Positions 50,092-62,500 of a stretch of DNA of 64,000 nt are shown in pieces. The translations under genes and the position numbers were made by a program. The notes beneath the pieces are model-generated. The model did no database searches. It saw only the letters and a program-made list of their open reading frames with translations, and was not told where the DNA came from. Position 1 is the first letter of the stretch. Each line of letters opens with the position of its first letter. The stretch is from the NCBI GenBank assembly GCA_977016875.1, contig CDRNST010000051.1, forward strand, positions 5,456,001 to 5,520,000. Reading direction: 5' to 3'. Source of the stretch: Pavona decussata (Eukaryota).

Positions 50092-50819
50092 TTAATACTT
50101 GAGATGTTGACTACGATACTACATCTAACAACTGTAATAAATTACATTAAAGCATGCAAGCAAGCATGCGAATGAATTTAACACATTATGACAGAAGTAT
50201 TTTCTCGACGTACGTTTGTCGAATTCAAAGTTCGACTTACCTTCAAATTTGGCTGCTACTGCCTCTTCAAAATTAGTCTATATCAAGTCATAAACTTCCT
50301 CAAGATAGATAGATAGATAATTTATGAAAAACTGACAAGTCTTCCTTTTTTTTTGTTCCGCTGTTAGCCATGGTCTTTTCTCAACCGAAATACGCAGAAT
50401 GATTGCAAATGGCGATCGATCTCCTTCAGTTCTTTCAAAACTGGTGCGGATCACTGCAAACTGGCCTCAAAACATACATACATACATACATATACTTTAT
50501 TTATCCTCGAATTTACAGAGTAGCTTTGAATAGCTAATATCTTCGAGAAAGAGACCATGTTTGACGATGTTTTCGAGGAGAATGGCAAGAAGAAAACGAG
50601 GCTGGGATAGAAACGAAGTAGTTCATTGTCATTGCAACAAACTTCCATGTACCCATGTTCATTCCGTGCATGTTTGGGCTATTCAGAAATAAGTAAAATC
50701 GATACTTTATTTTGTTTTCCTTTCTTAAATATCTCAAACGATCAAACTGTTCTGGATTCCAACATATCCTTTTCTACATTTTCACATTTTTAACTGTAAA
50801 CAACTGTTTGTGTCCATGA

Positions 50820-53800
50820 AAAACTCCCAAATGTCCTAAATTTACTTGAGCTCCCAGTTAAGGAAAATTTCGTCAATGATCCATCCACTTCAGGGTAGGT
50901 GTTGTCTCCAAGCATTCGCCTGGGGTACAAAAAGTTATCATCTCGACGCAGTAAATCTGGAAAAATTCCAATGTTGTTTGGTGCGTTTTTAGCAAGTACT
51001 TCAGCCGGTATAATCAGAGAAAGATGATTTCCAACGTCTGTGGCTGTCGTCAACTTCTCGTCATCACTGCAATCTGTGTGTGCATTCACTACGTCTGTCC
51101 TTCTCAATCAATTGTGGGATGTGACAATTATCTTTCTGTTTGTTTGAGCTACTTCTAACTCCCGTTGTTTTCTTCGATAACAGTGATGTTAAGTGGCTAT
51201 CGCTGCCACTGGTTGTCAGGCTGCTCTGACTTTCCTCGTTCCGAGGGGTATTAAGGTTTGTTCGAAAGTCTTGCCCTCTTTTGGAAGGTTTTTTTCTTCG
51301 GTTGTGTTTTCCGGGCAACTTTCTTCTTTTTCGCAACCGAGCCACATCTTGCTCCCTCTGAAATATCTCCCACGTTTTTGCTTACTTTTGCGCTCCTTTT
51401 GTTATCCTTTTGTTAATCCTGCCTCTCTTCCTTGCTTCGTTTAGCTTTCAAAGGCTCGTCAAGGGTTTCCTCTGGTTCTAATGTGTGCTTCCGTTTTCTT
51501 CCGAACTTTGACTTAGTTAAAAGTTTATTGATCTATTAAAGTAAGATTAAAGAAGCCACATGTCACCTTCTGGACCATACCCTTTGAATCTCACTTTATA
51601 CTCGTAGGATAAGGTGGTTTTGCAAAGACGGTGCTCAATCACGTCTTCTACCTAATAAAACCCTTCCTCCAGTACTGGTGAGTCTGCATTCTCCTCGTTT
51701 CGGTTAACACTGGACTCACTGCTTTCACCTCGTGGAGCATAACCCATCTTAGTCAACTTTTCTTTAGTCTTAGGATGTAGCTGGTACTTTGCTGGAGTGG
51801 CTTGATCAACGAGTAGCTCCACAGGGCCAAGTAAACTTGATGGCTCTTTCTATGGTGTGAGAATAACATCTTTGGAAACACTATACGTGCTATCGGCTCG
51901 TGAGTACCTATAAAGTGAGCATCGAAACCTCACTGACTCAGAGCCATCTTTGGTAGACTGAAGAATTTCAATCGACCGATGTCATAATTTTTGGAGCCAA
52001 GGTGAGAATATTTGAGGGCAACATCACAGAATTTGATTATGTCGTGGTTTGGGTCAATTGGAGCTTTGCCAGGAAGGTGCTTTGACGCCTAGTGCCGCTT
52101 TTGTCTGGATCGTGAGAAGTACTCTCTCGGTAGCAGTAATTTAATAGCTTGTTTAATATGAATTGAAGAAATTGTGCCATCGTTCAGTTGCCTAGAAATC
52201 ATCCACTTCTTTGCTTTCCCTTCTGGTAGAGGCTCATCGACTTCTTCTAACACATCACTTTCGATAGTTTCCCCAGCATCTTGTAAGGAAAGATCCGTAG
52301 TCTTTAGGCACTCATTGTCGTCGACACCTTCTGATATTTGTTCTTCAATCTCAGTTAGCTCATCCAGTGCATTGTCGGCAAATGAAACATCCAATTTATT
52401 GTAGCCATCTGGAAGGAGACAGTTTACCAATTTAATTCCACTCGGGTGTTCAAATTTGTACGGAGTATCCCAGTATCCTGACTCCTTCAATAACTGAATG
52501 CATGATGCTGGCATGTACCTTGAAAACAACATCTGTCCTTCTTTTTTTCCAGCTGAATGGGCTTGCCTTTGTAGCTGAAGGAATTCAGAAAAGCTCTCAG
52601 GATATGAATACGACACAGACAAGGACTCACTGTGTTCTTTGAAGGCAAATGCCCGTCTTCTCCTTTTTGCAGACATCTTTATTTGCACACCAGCTTGAGC
52701 CAATCGTACTTTCGCATTTAAATTAAATTGAACAGTAGAGCTTTTCTGAAGCATGTCCGCAAAAGTAGGCTGTGAATCCAGGGACTGGATCTCGTTTGTC
52801 TTTCCCTGCATTTCGCTAATGATCCTTTCCGTTGCCTTAGTTCCAGAGCGATATGGACATGCCCAGTTGGGTCCAAGTTCTTTGAAGTGAAGATACATGG
52901 CTAGTTGATGGAGGGAGGCTGCAGCAAATTGGATTTCAGGGGTTAGATAACACCCATGTGTCAAAAAATGCCCTCGCTTTGAAGGATTACTCTTGGCACC
53001 AAACTGCGAATGCAAGCGAACATTCTTGAGTTCTAGAACCTTCTTCCATAGTCGAAACACAGTGATTGCACAGGAGACAGACTTCTGGACATCTGCGGGG
53101 GAGCCGAAACCTGGATTTTGAAAAGGGTCTACCAGATTTGTTACAGCCCTTATATAAAGACTAGTGCCCTGTGAACCTGGTACATGTTCGTCTAGCAAAT
53201 CTGCAATCCTTTTGGTGAAAATGCGCTCACAGGCATCGGAATTTTGGTTGAAGAAGTAAATCAGAACAAGGTCTGTTGCAGTGATGCCTGTATCAAGCCC
53301 AGCTTCCTGGCATCTTTGACGGAGATCTTTCAAATGCTGAATGGTTGCAATGCGGGTCTTGCCACCTCTTTCTTCCCAAAAGGTCAGATCTCGTGTCTCG
53401 TACTTCAAGTTCTTTAAGAACAATCTCTGTTCGTGATCATAGTCCAGATAGGCGATCGAGGGAAGAAACCAATTATAAGGTGCACGAAATCTTTCATCTT
53501 CCGTGCCAAAGCCTAGAAAGTAAACACCACCGTCAACTTCGGCTATACTAGGGGTCATCATCTGGGCTGCTGCCGCCAATGACAATTCAGCAGAGTCTGT
53601 TGAATATCCCACTAGTTGAAGAAGAGAGTTCCTCGGCTTTCCACATTGTTCATAGAAGCAATTGTGTCACAATTTCTCCCAGTACTTTAAAAGATGAACG
53701 GCTTTGTAACCTTTGCCTGGTTCAGGCCACATACAGTATATCACTGTAGGTTCATCCCTTGAAGCTAAAGAAACCAAGTTGTGAACTGATACCGATTTGG

Positions 53801-56440
53801 AGAGTTGATCCCGTGCTATTATACCATCCACCATCCATTTGAGTGCCCCGAAATCGTCCATGTCACCGTGCGATCGATTTTTTTCTCGGGATGGGTAACA
53901 CTTCCTCGTCCCAACTGTTCACATCTGGATTCCAAGAATTTCCCAGCAGAGAGACATCACCAGATCTTGTCATGTATGGCTCTAAATATCTCAGTGATCT
54001 AGCCCCATCGCTTGCTTCGTTGAGAGGAAGGTTCTTGAACGATGATGCATGTGTTAGCGCGCTTTGATTAATTCCCGGATCCAATCACATCACTGCTGCA
54101 TGTTTAGTCGCGTTTGTCTCTCTTGCAAGACCGAAAAGTTCCGAAAGAATGGCGTAATTCGCAGGCCCTAGCTGATTTTTGAAAAGGCTACTTATGTCCT
54201 TGATGATATTTAAATAATGGTGGTTATTAGCCTTAAGCATTTTAGCGACCAGGTTCTTAATAACAAGGACTTGAATTGGCTGTGTCTTTGATACGCCCGA
54301 CTTAAAAAGCCTAACCAGGTCTATGATCAGGTTTTGGTCATCTCCATTACTGTAGTTCTCCTGAAGCTGTTTTCCCACTCCAGTGGTGAGAGCTTCACTT
54401 GTATTAATGCCGAAACCTGTTTTGCAGCATCTTTTCGCCTACTTACTTCTTTATTCAACGCGTCTGATAACTCTTCCCTTCTAGCATTTCATTTGTTAAA
54501 GCCAACATGTCCAATGCGATTTTCAAGGCTGTCGCAGCTTCCACTTTTACAATGTCTGAGAATGTCTTTTAGCTCCCGCATTTGCTTTGCACAGTTCGCG
54601 CAAGTGTATGGGTTTTCTGCATATGACAGGGCATCCTCCAAACAAGGTGGGTCGAGGCTCTTTATTCCCCCAGTGATCCGAATTTCTTTACCATGGACAG
54701 TGACGAGTCAAGCCAGAGGAACGTACGCTGACCGGGATGATGTGTGCGATTTTTTTATTATCTCACCCGCATCCACTGGGTGTTGTTTTTTCCAGGACTT
54801 GTAGTCGCAGCAGCTTCCATGACCGAGTAGGGAAGTGACGCAGTTTATGTTACCAGAAGCCAGTTCTTTTTCAAAGAGCGTCTTCGAGGTTACTCTTCTG
54901 ATACCTTCGTCACGGACAAAATGTTTAACGACCTCTGGTTCCCACAAATAACAACAACGAACTTTTTCAAGAGGTTGAGTTTCATTGCCAGATCCAGAGG
55001 TCTTACCTACTTTAAAGGCACCTTGAAGTACCTCGTGATGTCATTGAAGCTTCTCCTGGCCGTCTTTTCTTCTGATGGGGCTGCTATCTTTTTTGAGATC
55101 TGTTTGTCTTCCGTGAAAAAGTTAAGTGCATCTTGATGGCATTTGGACCTACTGTGTTCTTCCGTCGCTGCCACTCCAGAAAACTTCAAGATGCCACTGC
55201 CATCCAAAATATTTTGTATGGAGATCTTTTTGCTTTTTATCTTGTGGTGTTTCTGATGGTTTCTTAAGGCCCATTTCTGGTGTGGAAGACAGATCTCACA
55301 CTTGACCGTAGAACCACTGGCATGTGAAAACTGAGGAAAGCTTTTTCCTCTTTCAGCAAACTGCACTTGTTCCCCAGCTAGGCTTCCAACTATCACTGGA
55401 GGAAAGGCGAGTGCCAGAAACGCTCTCATCCGGGAAACTAAATATGTGGCATTTTTCCCTGCACCCCCTATTGGGCTGTTTGAAGAGGATTCGAAATCTG
55501 GAAATATCTCCTGAAGAAAGCCATTGAAAGACTTAAAACTTCCTGGAAGGTGCGAGGGAATCATCTTCTTTACTGCCTTATGATGCTTCATGAAAAATCT
55601 TTTCGCATCATCTTCTACCACCTCTATTTCCGGTTGTGGCCACTCTTCGGTTTGCTGTTGAGGTTGTTGTCCAATTCGAAATCACTGTCTGGCTGTTCAC
55701 TTTCCTCGCCAAAAATACTTGTATTGTTGTCGAAATCATTTAGGAAGTCATCGTCGTGTCTGCCAAGTGGTCTATCAGTGGTAGTTTCCCAGTCTTCAGG
55801 TGCTTCCTGATCAACATCTTTAACAGAATCACCTGTTTTGCTCTCTGGTTTTTGGATTTTTTTCGGCCGGATCTGCATTCTGTTCTCCATCGGATTCTTG
55901 CACGCCGAAGTCACTGCTTTGTATCGCACCAGCACTGTCGACGCCATTATCAGAAAAGGGTTTTCGTCGTAAGAAAGAAAAACGCTTGCTGTCCGTAATA
56001 GGAAAAGAAATCGCTTCGGGATTCGTTTGGTATGCCATATTCTTGCTTGAAGTGGTCCCAGATTTCCGCCTTCCTGACAAAGTCTCCCTCGCCTCCTTCT
56101 GAATACCTCATTAACATCCATTTCTCAACATCATCTGCTTTAAAGCACTGGCTTGAAGTCGCTGACGGTGACTGTGTGAAGAATGCTAAACCCCTGTAGC
56201 CATGTGCTTTCCTCTTTCTCTTGACAGAAGTGACCATTCCCTTGTAACCAACCAACAAAAACGCCTTTCCCAGAAGGCCAAAGAAATTTTCTCTTTCCTT
56301 TTCTCCGCTGCCGTGTGCTACCTTAAAACTTTGCCAAAACCTGTCTCGTTCAATGACATGGTCGGCATCTTTTTTAAAATTCATGATGGTGCGCGCCAAT
56401 GGCTAAAGGGAATCGAGATGTAAGATGCGTCAGGATAATC
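50820..56440 (-). mobile_element. Very large P-superfamily-like transposase pseudogene with extra DNA/chromatin-binding domains
   Basis: Colinear minus-strand ORF pieces over ~5.6 kb. Core motifs occur in P/THAP9 order: NEASDGARSLRYLEP (D1), GYSTDSA (D2), LDYDHEQRLFLKNL (DxxH), FNQNSDACERIFT, GTSLYIRAV, PYRSGTKATERIISEMQG (E). Many stops and frameshifts. Confidence 0.7.
51545..51660 (-). other. Chromodomain-coding segment in the tail of the P-like transposase
   Basis: FY*VEDVIEHRLCKTTLSYEYKVRFKGYGPEGDMWL matches chromo consensus YEVEKILDHR...EYLVKWKGY...DNTWEP. The stop TAG is one change from GAG (Glu). Confidence 0.8.
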
Positions 56441-57479
56441 TGTCTTAAAAATATTAAATTGGCCAAGTCACACGTGTATCCATCTTTTTTTTGGTCAATT
56501 TCAGAGAATGTGTTTGCTAACAAGACGAATTTTTAAATTTTTTGCCTTCAACAATGTTAAATTGGCAGTGTCTGTGGTGAGTTCACAATGTTCGAAAGCT
56601 GTCATGATTGCGCGTGTGTAGTCATTTTCTAAACGTCAGGTACCAGACAAAAGCTAAATAGATATCTAAACAATCAATTTTAGAAATCACTTCTTTTAAA
56701 TTACATTTTGGTAAATTTCTCAGTAGTAAAGCAGACTTCGACTTTCTTACTTTATGTAATAAAATAAAAATATTTCATTTTTCCGAAACATTAAACACAA
56801 AATGTTCGTACTTCAGATGCTGGAAATTTGGAAACATATGTCTGAGCCAAATTTCTTTTTACTTTCGGGTAAGAATGATTCAGAAACTACTTAATCAATA
56901 ATACCAAATGTACCTTTTCCTCTATTGCACGCTTTTCCTGCCCTTCCTCCTTTACTAAATGCGATTTTTCAACTTCCCTGCGAAAAGACGGTATTCACCA
57001 GTTCAGCTGAAACACTAAAGAAATCTGAAATATATTAACCTTTTTATTTTTTAAGATTAACGAGTTGACAGAAATTCACGATTTGAATTTTAAAATACCA
57101 CTAGGAATTTAAACACGTCGACTCCACGTTGACTTAATTAGAAATAGGGAAGAATCCTTTAAGTTGTTGATATATTATTTTAGTAATTATGCAAACGTTA
57201 AACAATAGTTTCTTACATTGGCAACGGATTCGTCGACATGCCTGTTTCTTGTCCAAGTCGAAGATTCACTTGAAAAATATCTACAAAAAGGACACGCGAC
57301 ATATCAAAACTGTTCTTACTGACAAGGGTATTTCTTCTGAAATGTCCGGACAATCAGAAATCCAATTCTCATTGTAGCGTGTCACAAGGAAAATTAAAAT
57401 ACCCAAGGCAAACTTTCCAACTAAGACGAAATCGTGCAATCCTCGCAAACAGATCTGGTATCTCTTCCACGTAATGTAC

Positions 57480-58050
57480 AAAAGGCCAATGATTCCCAAT
57501 CATTTAAACCAACTTATGTGCAATCACCCAAGAACAAAAACACCCATACCAAATGTACAAGAGGCCAAAATTCCCACCCATGTAAAACAAGCAATGTACA
57601 ATCAGCCAAAAACACCCATACCAAATTTGTATCTCGCAACAATTCACTGCAAAGCTCGCAAACACACCTGATATCACTACCAAGTAGTTCGAAACCCTCG
57701 CTGCAAATGTCCAAGAGGCCAAAATTCCCATCCATGTAAAACAAGCAATGTGCAATCAGCCAAAAAACACCCATACCAAATTTGTATCTCGCAACAATTC
57801 ACTGTAAAGCTCGCAAACACACCTGATATCACTACCAAGTAGTTCGAAACCCTCGCTGCAAATGTGCAAGAGGCCAAAATTCCCAGCCATGTAAAACAAG
57901 CAATGTGCAATCAGCCAAAAAACACCCATACCAAATTTGTATCCCGCAACAATTCACTGCAAAGCTCTCAAACACACCTGACATCACTACCAAGTAGTTC
58001 GAAACCCTCGCTGCAAATGTGCAAGGGACCAAAATCTCCACCCTTTTAAA
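57480..58050. repeat. 154-155-bp tandem repeat (3 full units plus degenerate flanks)
   Basis: Units start CAAATGT at 57550, 57704, 57859 and 58014; near-identical AAGAGGCCAAAATTCCCA.CCATGTAAAACAAGCAATGT...GTAGTTCGAAACCCTCGCTG. Confidence 0.95.
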
Positions 58051-58486
58051 AGAACTGATGTGCAATGACATATGGAATTTGTAATTTACAACAATTATCT
58101 GCAAAGCTGTCTAACACACCTGGTATACCAACGATCTCGAAAGACCATGCTTCAACTGTGCAATAAAGACTATAACCATGAGCCATCCATGTCAAATTTG
58201 CGGGATGTATTTTACCGTAGTAAAAAAGAGCAATAACAATAACCCAAAACTCCCATCCACGTCGAAATTGCAACTTGTGGCAGGTCGACAATATAAAAAG
58301 CCTAACACGGACACTACTGAGTAATACCTCTATGCAAGTTGCTGGAGACGTTTGACATCGTTCTGCATCAGATATGTTAGTGAGGATTCCTCCAGATGTG
58401 CACATTTTACGTAAAACTCAGTACGACTGTATTTGCTTAGACTGCTTAAAATTGTTTCCTATTTATGGTGGCTGAACACAGTTAAC

Positions 58487-58620
58487 GATTATTCACCAAA
58501 GTGGAGGTGAACAGTGGTGGATATTAACCGAGCTGCGCGAGTGGCGAGGTAACTATCCACCACTATTCACAGAAACTGAGGTCAATATTTGTTTTAGTAT
58601 ATACCAAACCAGTGAAATTG
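58487..58620. repeat. Hairpin-ended interspersed repeat
   Basis: GTGAACAGTGGTGGATA / TATCCACCACTATTCAC arms flank CCGAGCTGCGCGAGTGGCGAGG. Confidence 0.7.
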
Positions 58621-59049
58621 TAAGCCTCAAAATAACAGTTTTAACACACCTTGCGAGCGACCGGAAAAGCGCGCAAAAAGTCCGAGTGGGGGGGGGGGGG
58701 GGGTTGCGTGACGACCCTAAAAACGGCTGCGAAGGAGACTAGGTAATTAGGCGTTATTATAACAAAACAGAAAAACGGAGATTCAGGATCCCTGCTTACT
58801 ACATTTTTTTACGACTCAGTAAACGCGTAAAACGTTTTTTTTTTTGTTTTTGTTTTTTTTCCGAAAGACACCCTTGTAGGACTACAGTAACCCTTCGGCA
58901 TGATTTTGAAATCTAATCATTATCCAAAAAGTTTGATTTTCCCAGTGCGCAGGTAAGTTGAGTTCGATAACCAAGGTTTGGATGACAAATACATCCGCTT
59001 GCGGTCACATGAAATTTCACATCCCGTGGTGTCGAGAGTGCTTCAATGT

Positions 59050-59572
59050 CATTCAATCACGTTTTAGCAGCGTATACCTTCGCGGAATCTAAATTTCCTT
59101 CTTTGCTAAATCTGGACCAAAAATTAGACGATGTTATTGATAGTTCAGAAGTTCTTTTCCACCATTCTTCAACAAAATGTCCGTTTAAACTGTTTAAAAG
59201 ATTTCAAAACAGAATTGGTTTCTCGGTCACGACCGCGCAGTGACCACGCACTGACGCACCGTGCCTGGTATTCTGAAGGGCAATATTGTAGCAAAATTAA
59301 TCACTTTCTTGTCGACTTTTGAATGTTTTGCAAAAGTAAGATACGCAACAATCTCAGTTCTTGAGTTTGCTGATTAAGAGCAAGAAAATAACACGCGTCA
59401 ACTAAAACGCGGACATTTTATGTGTGGATTTTGGAATGTGCCGATCACAGGTTGATGACAGATTTACCCAAGTTTTTTCAGCCAGTATAAACACTGTACA
59501 AATGTTCCATGGTATGTCAGTAAATATCTACCTTGGTAAACGCTGTTAACGCTTGAGTGTTCACACATCATC
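59050..59572 (-). mobile_element. Second, more decayed Harbinger 5' fragment related to the 15.8-kb copy
   Basis: The reverse complement aligns by eye with 15810-16320: GGTAAA.CTGTCATCAA, CATAAAATG.CCGC, GCAAACTCAAG, GAGAAACCAAT..TGTTTTGAAA, ATTTTGTTGAAGA.TGGTGGAAA. Confidence 0.75.
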
Positions 59573-62500
59573 ACTAAGCTTTCCAATTTAGAATGTTCTT
59601 AGACAGCTGGGAAGACATATTCCGAAAATATTCAATTCATCAGTTATATTTTGGTATATTCGTACTGTGATCTGTACTTATAGCAAATGTTATCAACCCT
59701 ACAAGAGCGGGTTGGATGGCAGTCAATATTAAATCTAAAAGAAAAACGTCAATTGCCGAGAACAAAAGGCGTTTAATTTCTTGTGTGATAAGGATGTTAC
59801 GGTTAGCTAGTAATTTATTATTTTTTTTACAAAGCGAAGGTGTTTGTATCAAAATAATAATTAAGTGGAGACATGATTTTTCGTGATTTCTGATATAATA
59901 CAGTCGAACAGATTTTTTTTTCAGCCTAGTGCGGATGAGTTCAAAGTGTTCTAAGAGAAATTCGGCTGTAATGACAGACACCACATTCACTTTACTGAGA
60001 TCGGAAAACGGCACTGTTGAACTACCCTTAGCGAAATTGGTAGTGTACCAAATACAAAAGTGCGTAGCCTAAAATGTCAGGACAAGGGTTTGGTATCAAC
60101 GTTACGTATTCTGGAAAAAAGAAAGCGAAAAAAGCCAAAAAACGGCAAAAAAATGGGCCCTAGACTTCAATAAGCTTACGTTATGATAGATTGCAAACAT
60201 CTCTTCTTTGGCTGATGCAAAACAGATCCAAGGGATTCAGAAAATGACCTCAAATTGATAAATGTTTCGCAGATCCGGCATTGACATCATGAGACTGAGC
60301 TTATTCCCGCTGCAAAATTATTCTGACCGTGACATTTTAGCGGTGGAAAGCGACTTACCATGAGAATACAGACAAACTAATTGGAAAAAATACCATTTTC
60401 TCTTCATGCAGGGCTTGGAAGGAACGTCGAGTGACAGAAATTCTCAAATTTCACAGCACAAGTAGTACAATGTGGCTATGTTCTCAGACCCCGGTTCAGA
60501 CGCAATGTCACAGATATTGTTATATTCATTCGTCTTCTTGATGGTATACTCAAATACGAAGTTCTTGGAAGGACTTTGATTTTAATAAATAGTTATAACA
60601 GACCAGACTGTAGCTATGTATATATATGTATAGATGACCGGGCTCGATGGAGCCATAAAAAAATATACCTTATTTATAGTGGCAAATTTAGGCAAGGACT
60701 GCGAAGAGACATAAGAGACAGATCGGACGAGCGTTTCTTTGTTTGATTTTGTTCCAAGGCAATCCTGGCATGAAAGGCCAAAGAAGTTAAAAAGCTAGCT
60801 ATGCTGTGTTCCACAATGAACCTCTTAGGACTGTACGAATATCCTGAATTTTTATGAAAAATTAATGCGGGAATGTAAAACATGAAATTCCTTTTGTTTT
60901 AAACCAACCTTTTAGCTCTGCTGAGGCGCATAATCAAATTCTCAAACAGGTTGGTCATATTATTGAGACAAAAATTGCTCCGAAGTGCCCGGCAACTCTA
61001 TTTTGCCAAAAATCGCTCTTACGGAGGGAGATGTGGTTTGTCTGAGTTGTACCGGGGATCAAGATTCCAGATGTCATTTGCGCGCGATAGCTAATTTTAA
61101 CGCATGGTGATTTTGGCATATCCAGCTCCCCCCTCCCCCTCTAGAATGGGGAGTCAAAGAGCATAGAGATTAAAAGCGAAAGTGCTTTTCCGTCATTATT
61201 TACAACGGTATATTAACACTCAGCAATTCTAAAGTTCTTGGAAGCAGGCTGTCTCTCTTTTTGAATATTGCGCAAGCGGCGGCCTCAGGAGTTGAACATG
61301 CATCTGTCACTGTGAGAAATAACAGGAAATAACGATATCAGCAGTTGCTGGTCTTCAAGGCGCAATAATCCTGTGTTCGAATAAGCGAGTTTTTGAGCTG
61401 AAGCATTGTGCTGGCAGAATAAGGCATTTTAGAGCAGGATTCGAGCGGAATAACATAAAATCAGTAACAATATCGATATGCAAGACAGTTGAAAGAAAAC
61501 TTTAGAACTAAGTACAAAACAGTTCACTAAGTTACGGAAAAGCTTGCCGTTATACCCTACCTACGTCCCTTTTTCACGCTGTTTATTGAAGAGATATATG
61601 AACACTGATTACTTCAAGACTACCCATTTTCAAGTTTGTTTCAATGTTTCTCGTTTGCTAACCGACGTCGCTGCGTATTGAGTGGATTTTCCCAAATATT
61701 AACAACAGTTTGAGCTGTAAACAACTGCCCTAGAAGTTGTCAAGTCAATCAAAGATTCAGAACCAAAAAATCTAATGTAGGTAACAATTTCAGACACAAG
61801 CGATTCAATGTTAATTGTGCAACCAGAAAACTTGTCCTGCATTACTTAACATAACAGACAAGCGCTCAATCTAAAGCAGAGGAAGCCATGGGGCGCAGCT
61901 AGGAAAACCTAATGACCATTCAGTACACTTTTTTTAAGAAGAATATCGAGGCTGAAATTGGCGAATTTTTAAAAATATTTTTAGACTTATTCTGAGGCTG
62001 GGATTGAAATTTCATTAAGAATTATAAATTTTCCTCGTCATAAATGTGCATATAAACATTATGAAACGTCCACTATATATACCAGAACACAATACCAGAA
62101 TGTAACGCGACTTGGCATACCCAAATGAAATATCGTACACGGGGGCATATTATATCAACCGGAAATTTAAGAATGTTTTAAGAATATTTTCAACCTTAAG
62201 GAGGCAAAAAAAAAAAAAAAAACTACCCAGCCTGGGTCTGAAGAAACGTTATTCTTATAAAAAATGAGGTAAGTCAATTATTTTAAGTCTGGTGTTTGTG
62301 TCTCAGCTTTACCCGAAAAACCGAACATTTCCTCGCAAGATCCTGGCACATGGGTATGTAACTGTTTACGAACAACGCAGGACTATGATATGCAGCAGAC
62401 TATGAACAAACTAAACGGAGCGAATTTTACTGATTTTCAATCATTCCGTATATGTATCCCGATGATTCGATAATGCGAGTGAGGAAGGCCCGATAGGTGA

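Noticed and set aside
50200-50800. Continuation of the P-like gene into a further domain
   Set aside because: The frame and composition change near 50820 and a (TACA)n-tailed insertion intervenes; linkage cannot be supported.
57434-58104. Cluster of overlapping ORFs
   Set aside because: Translations of the 155-bp tandem repeat in several frames.
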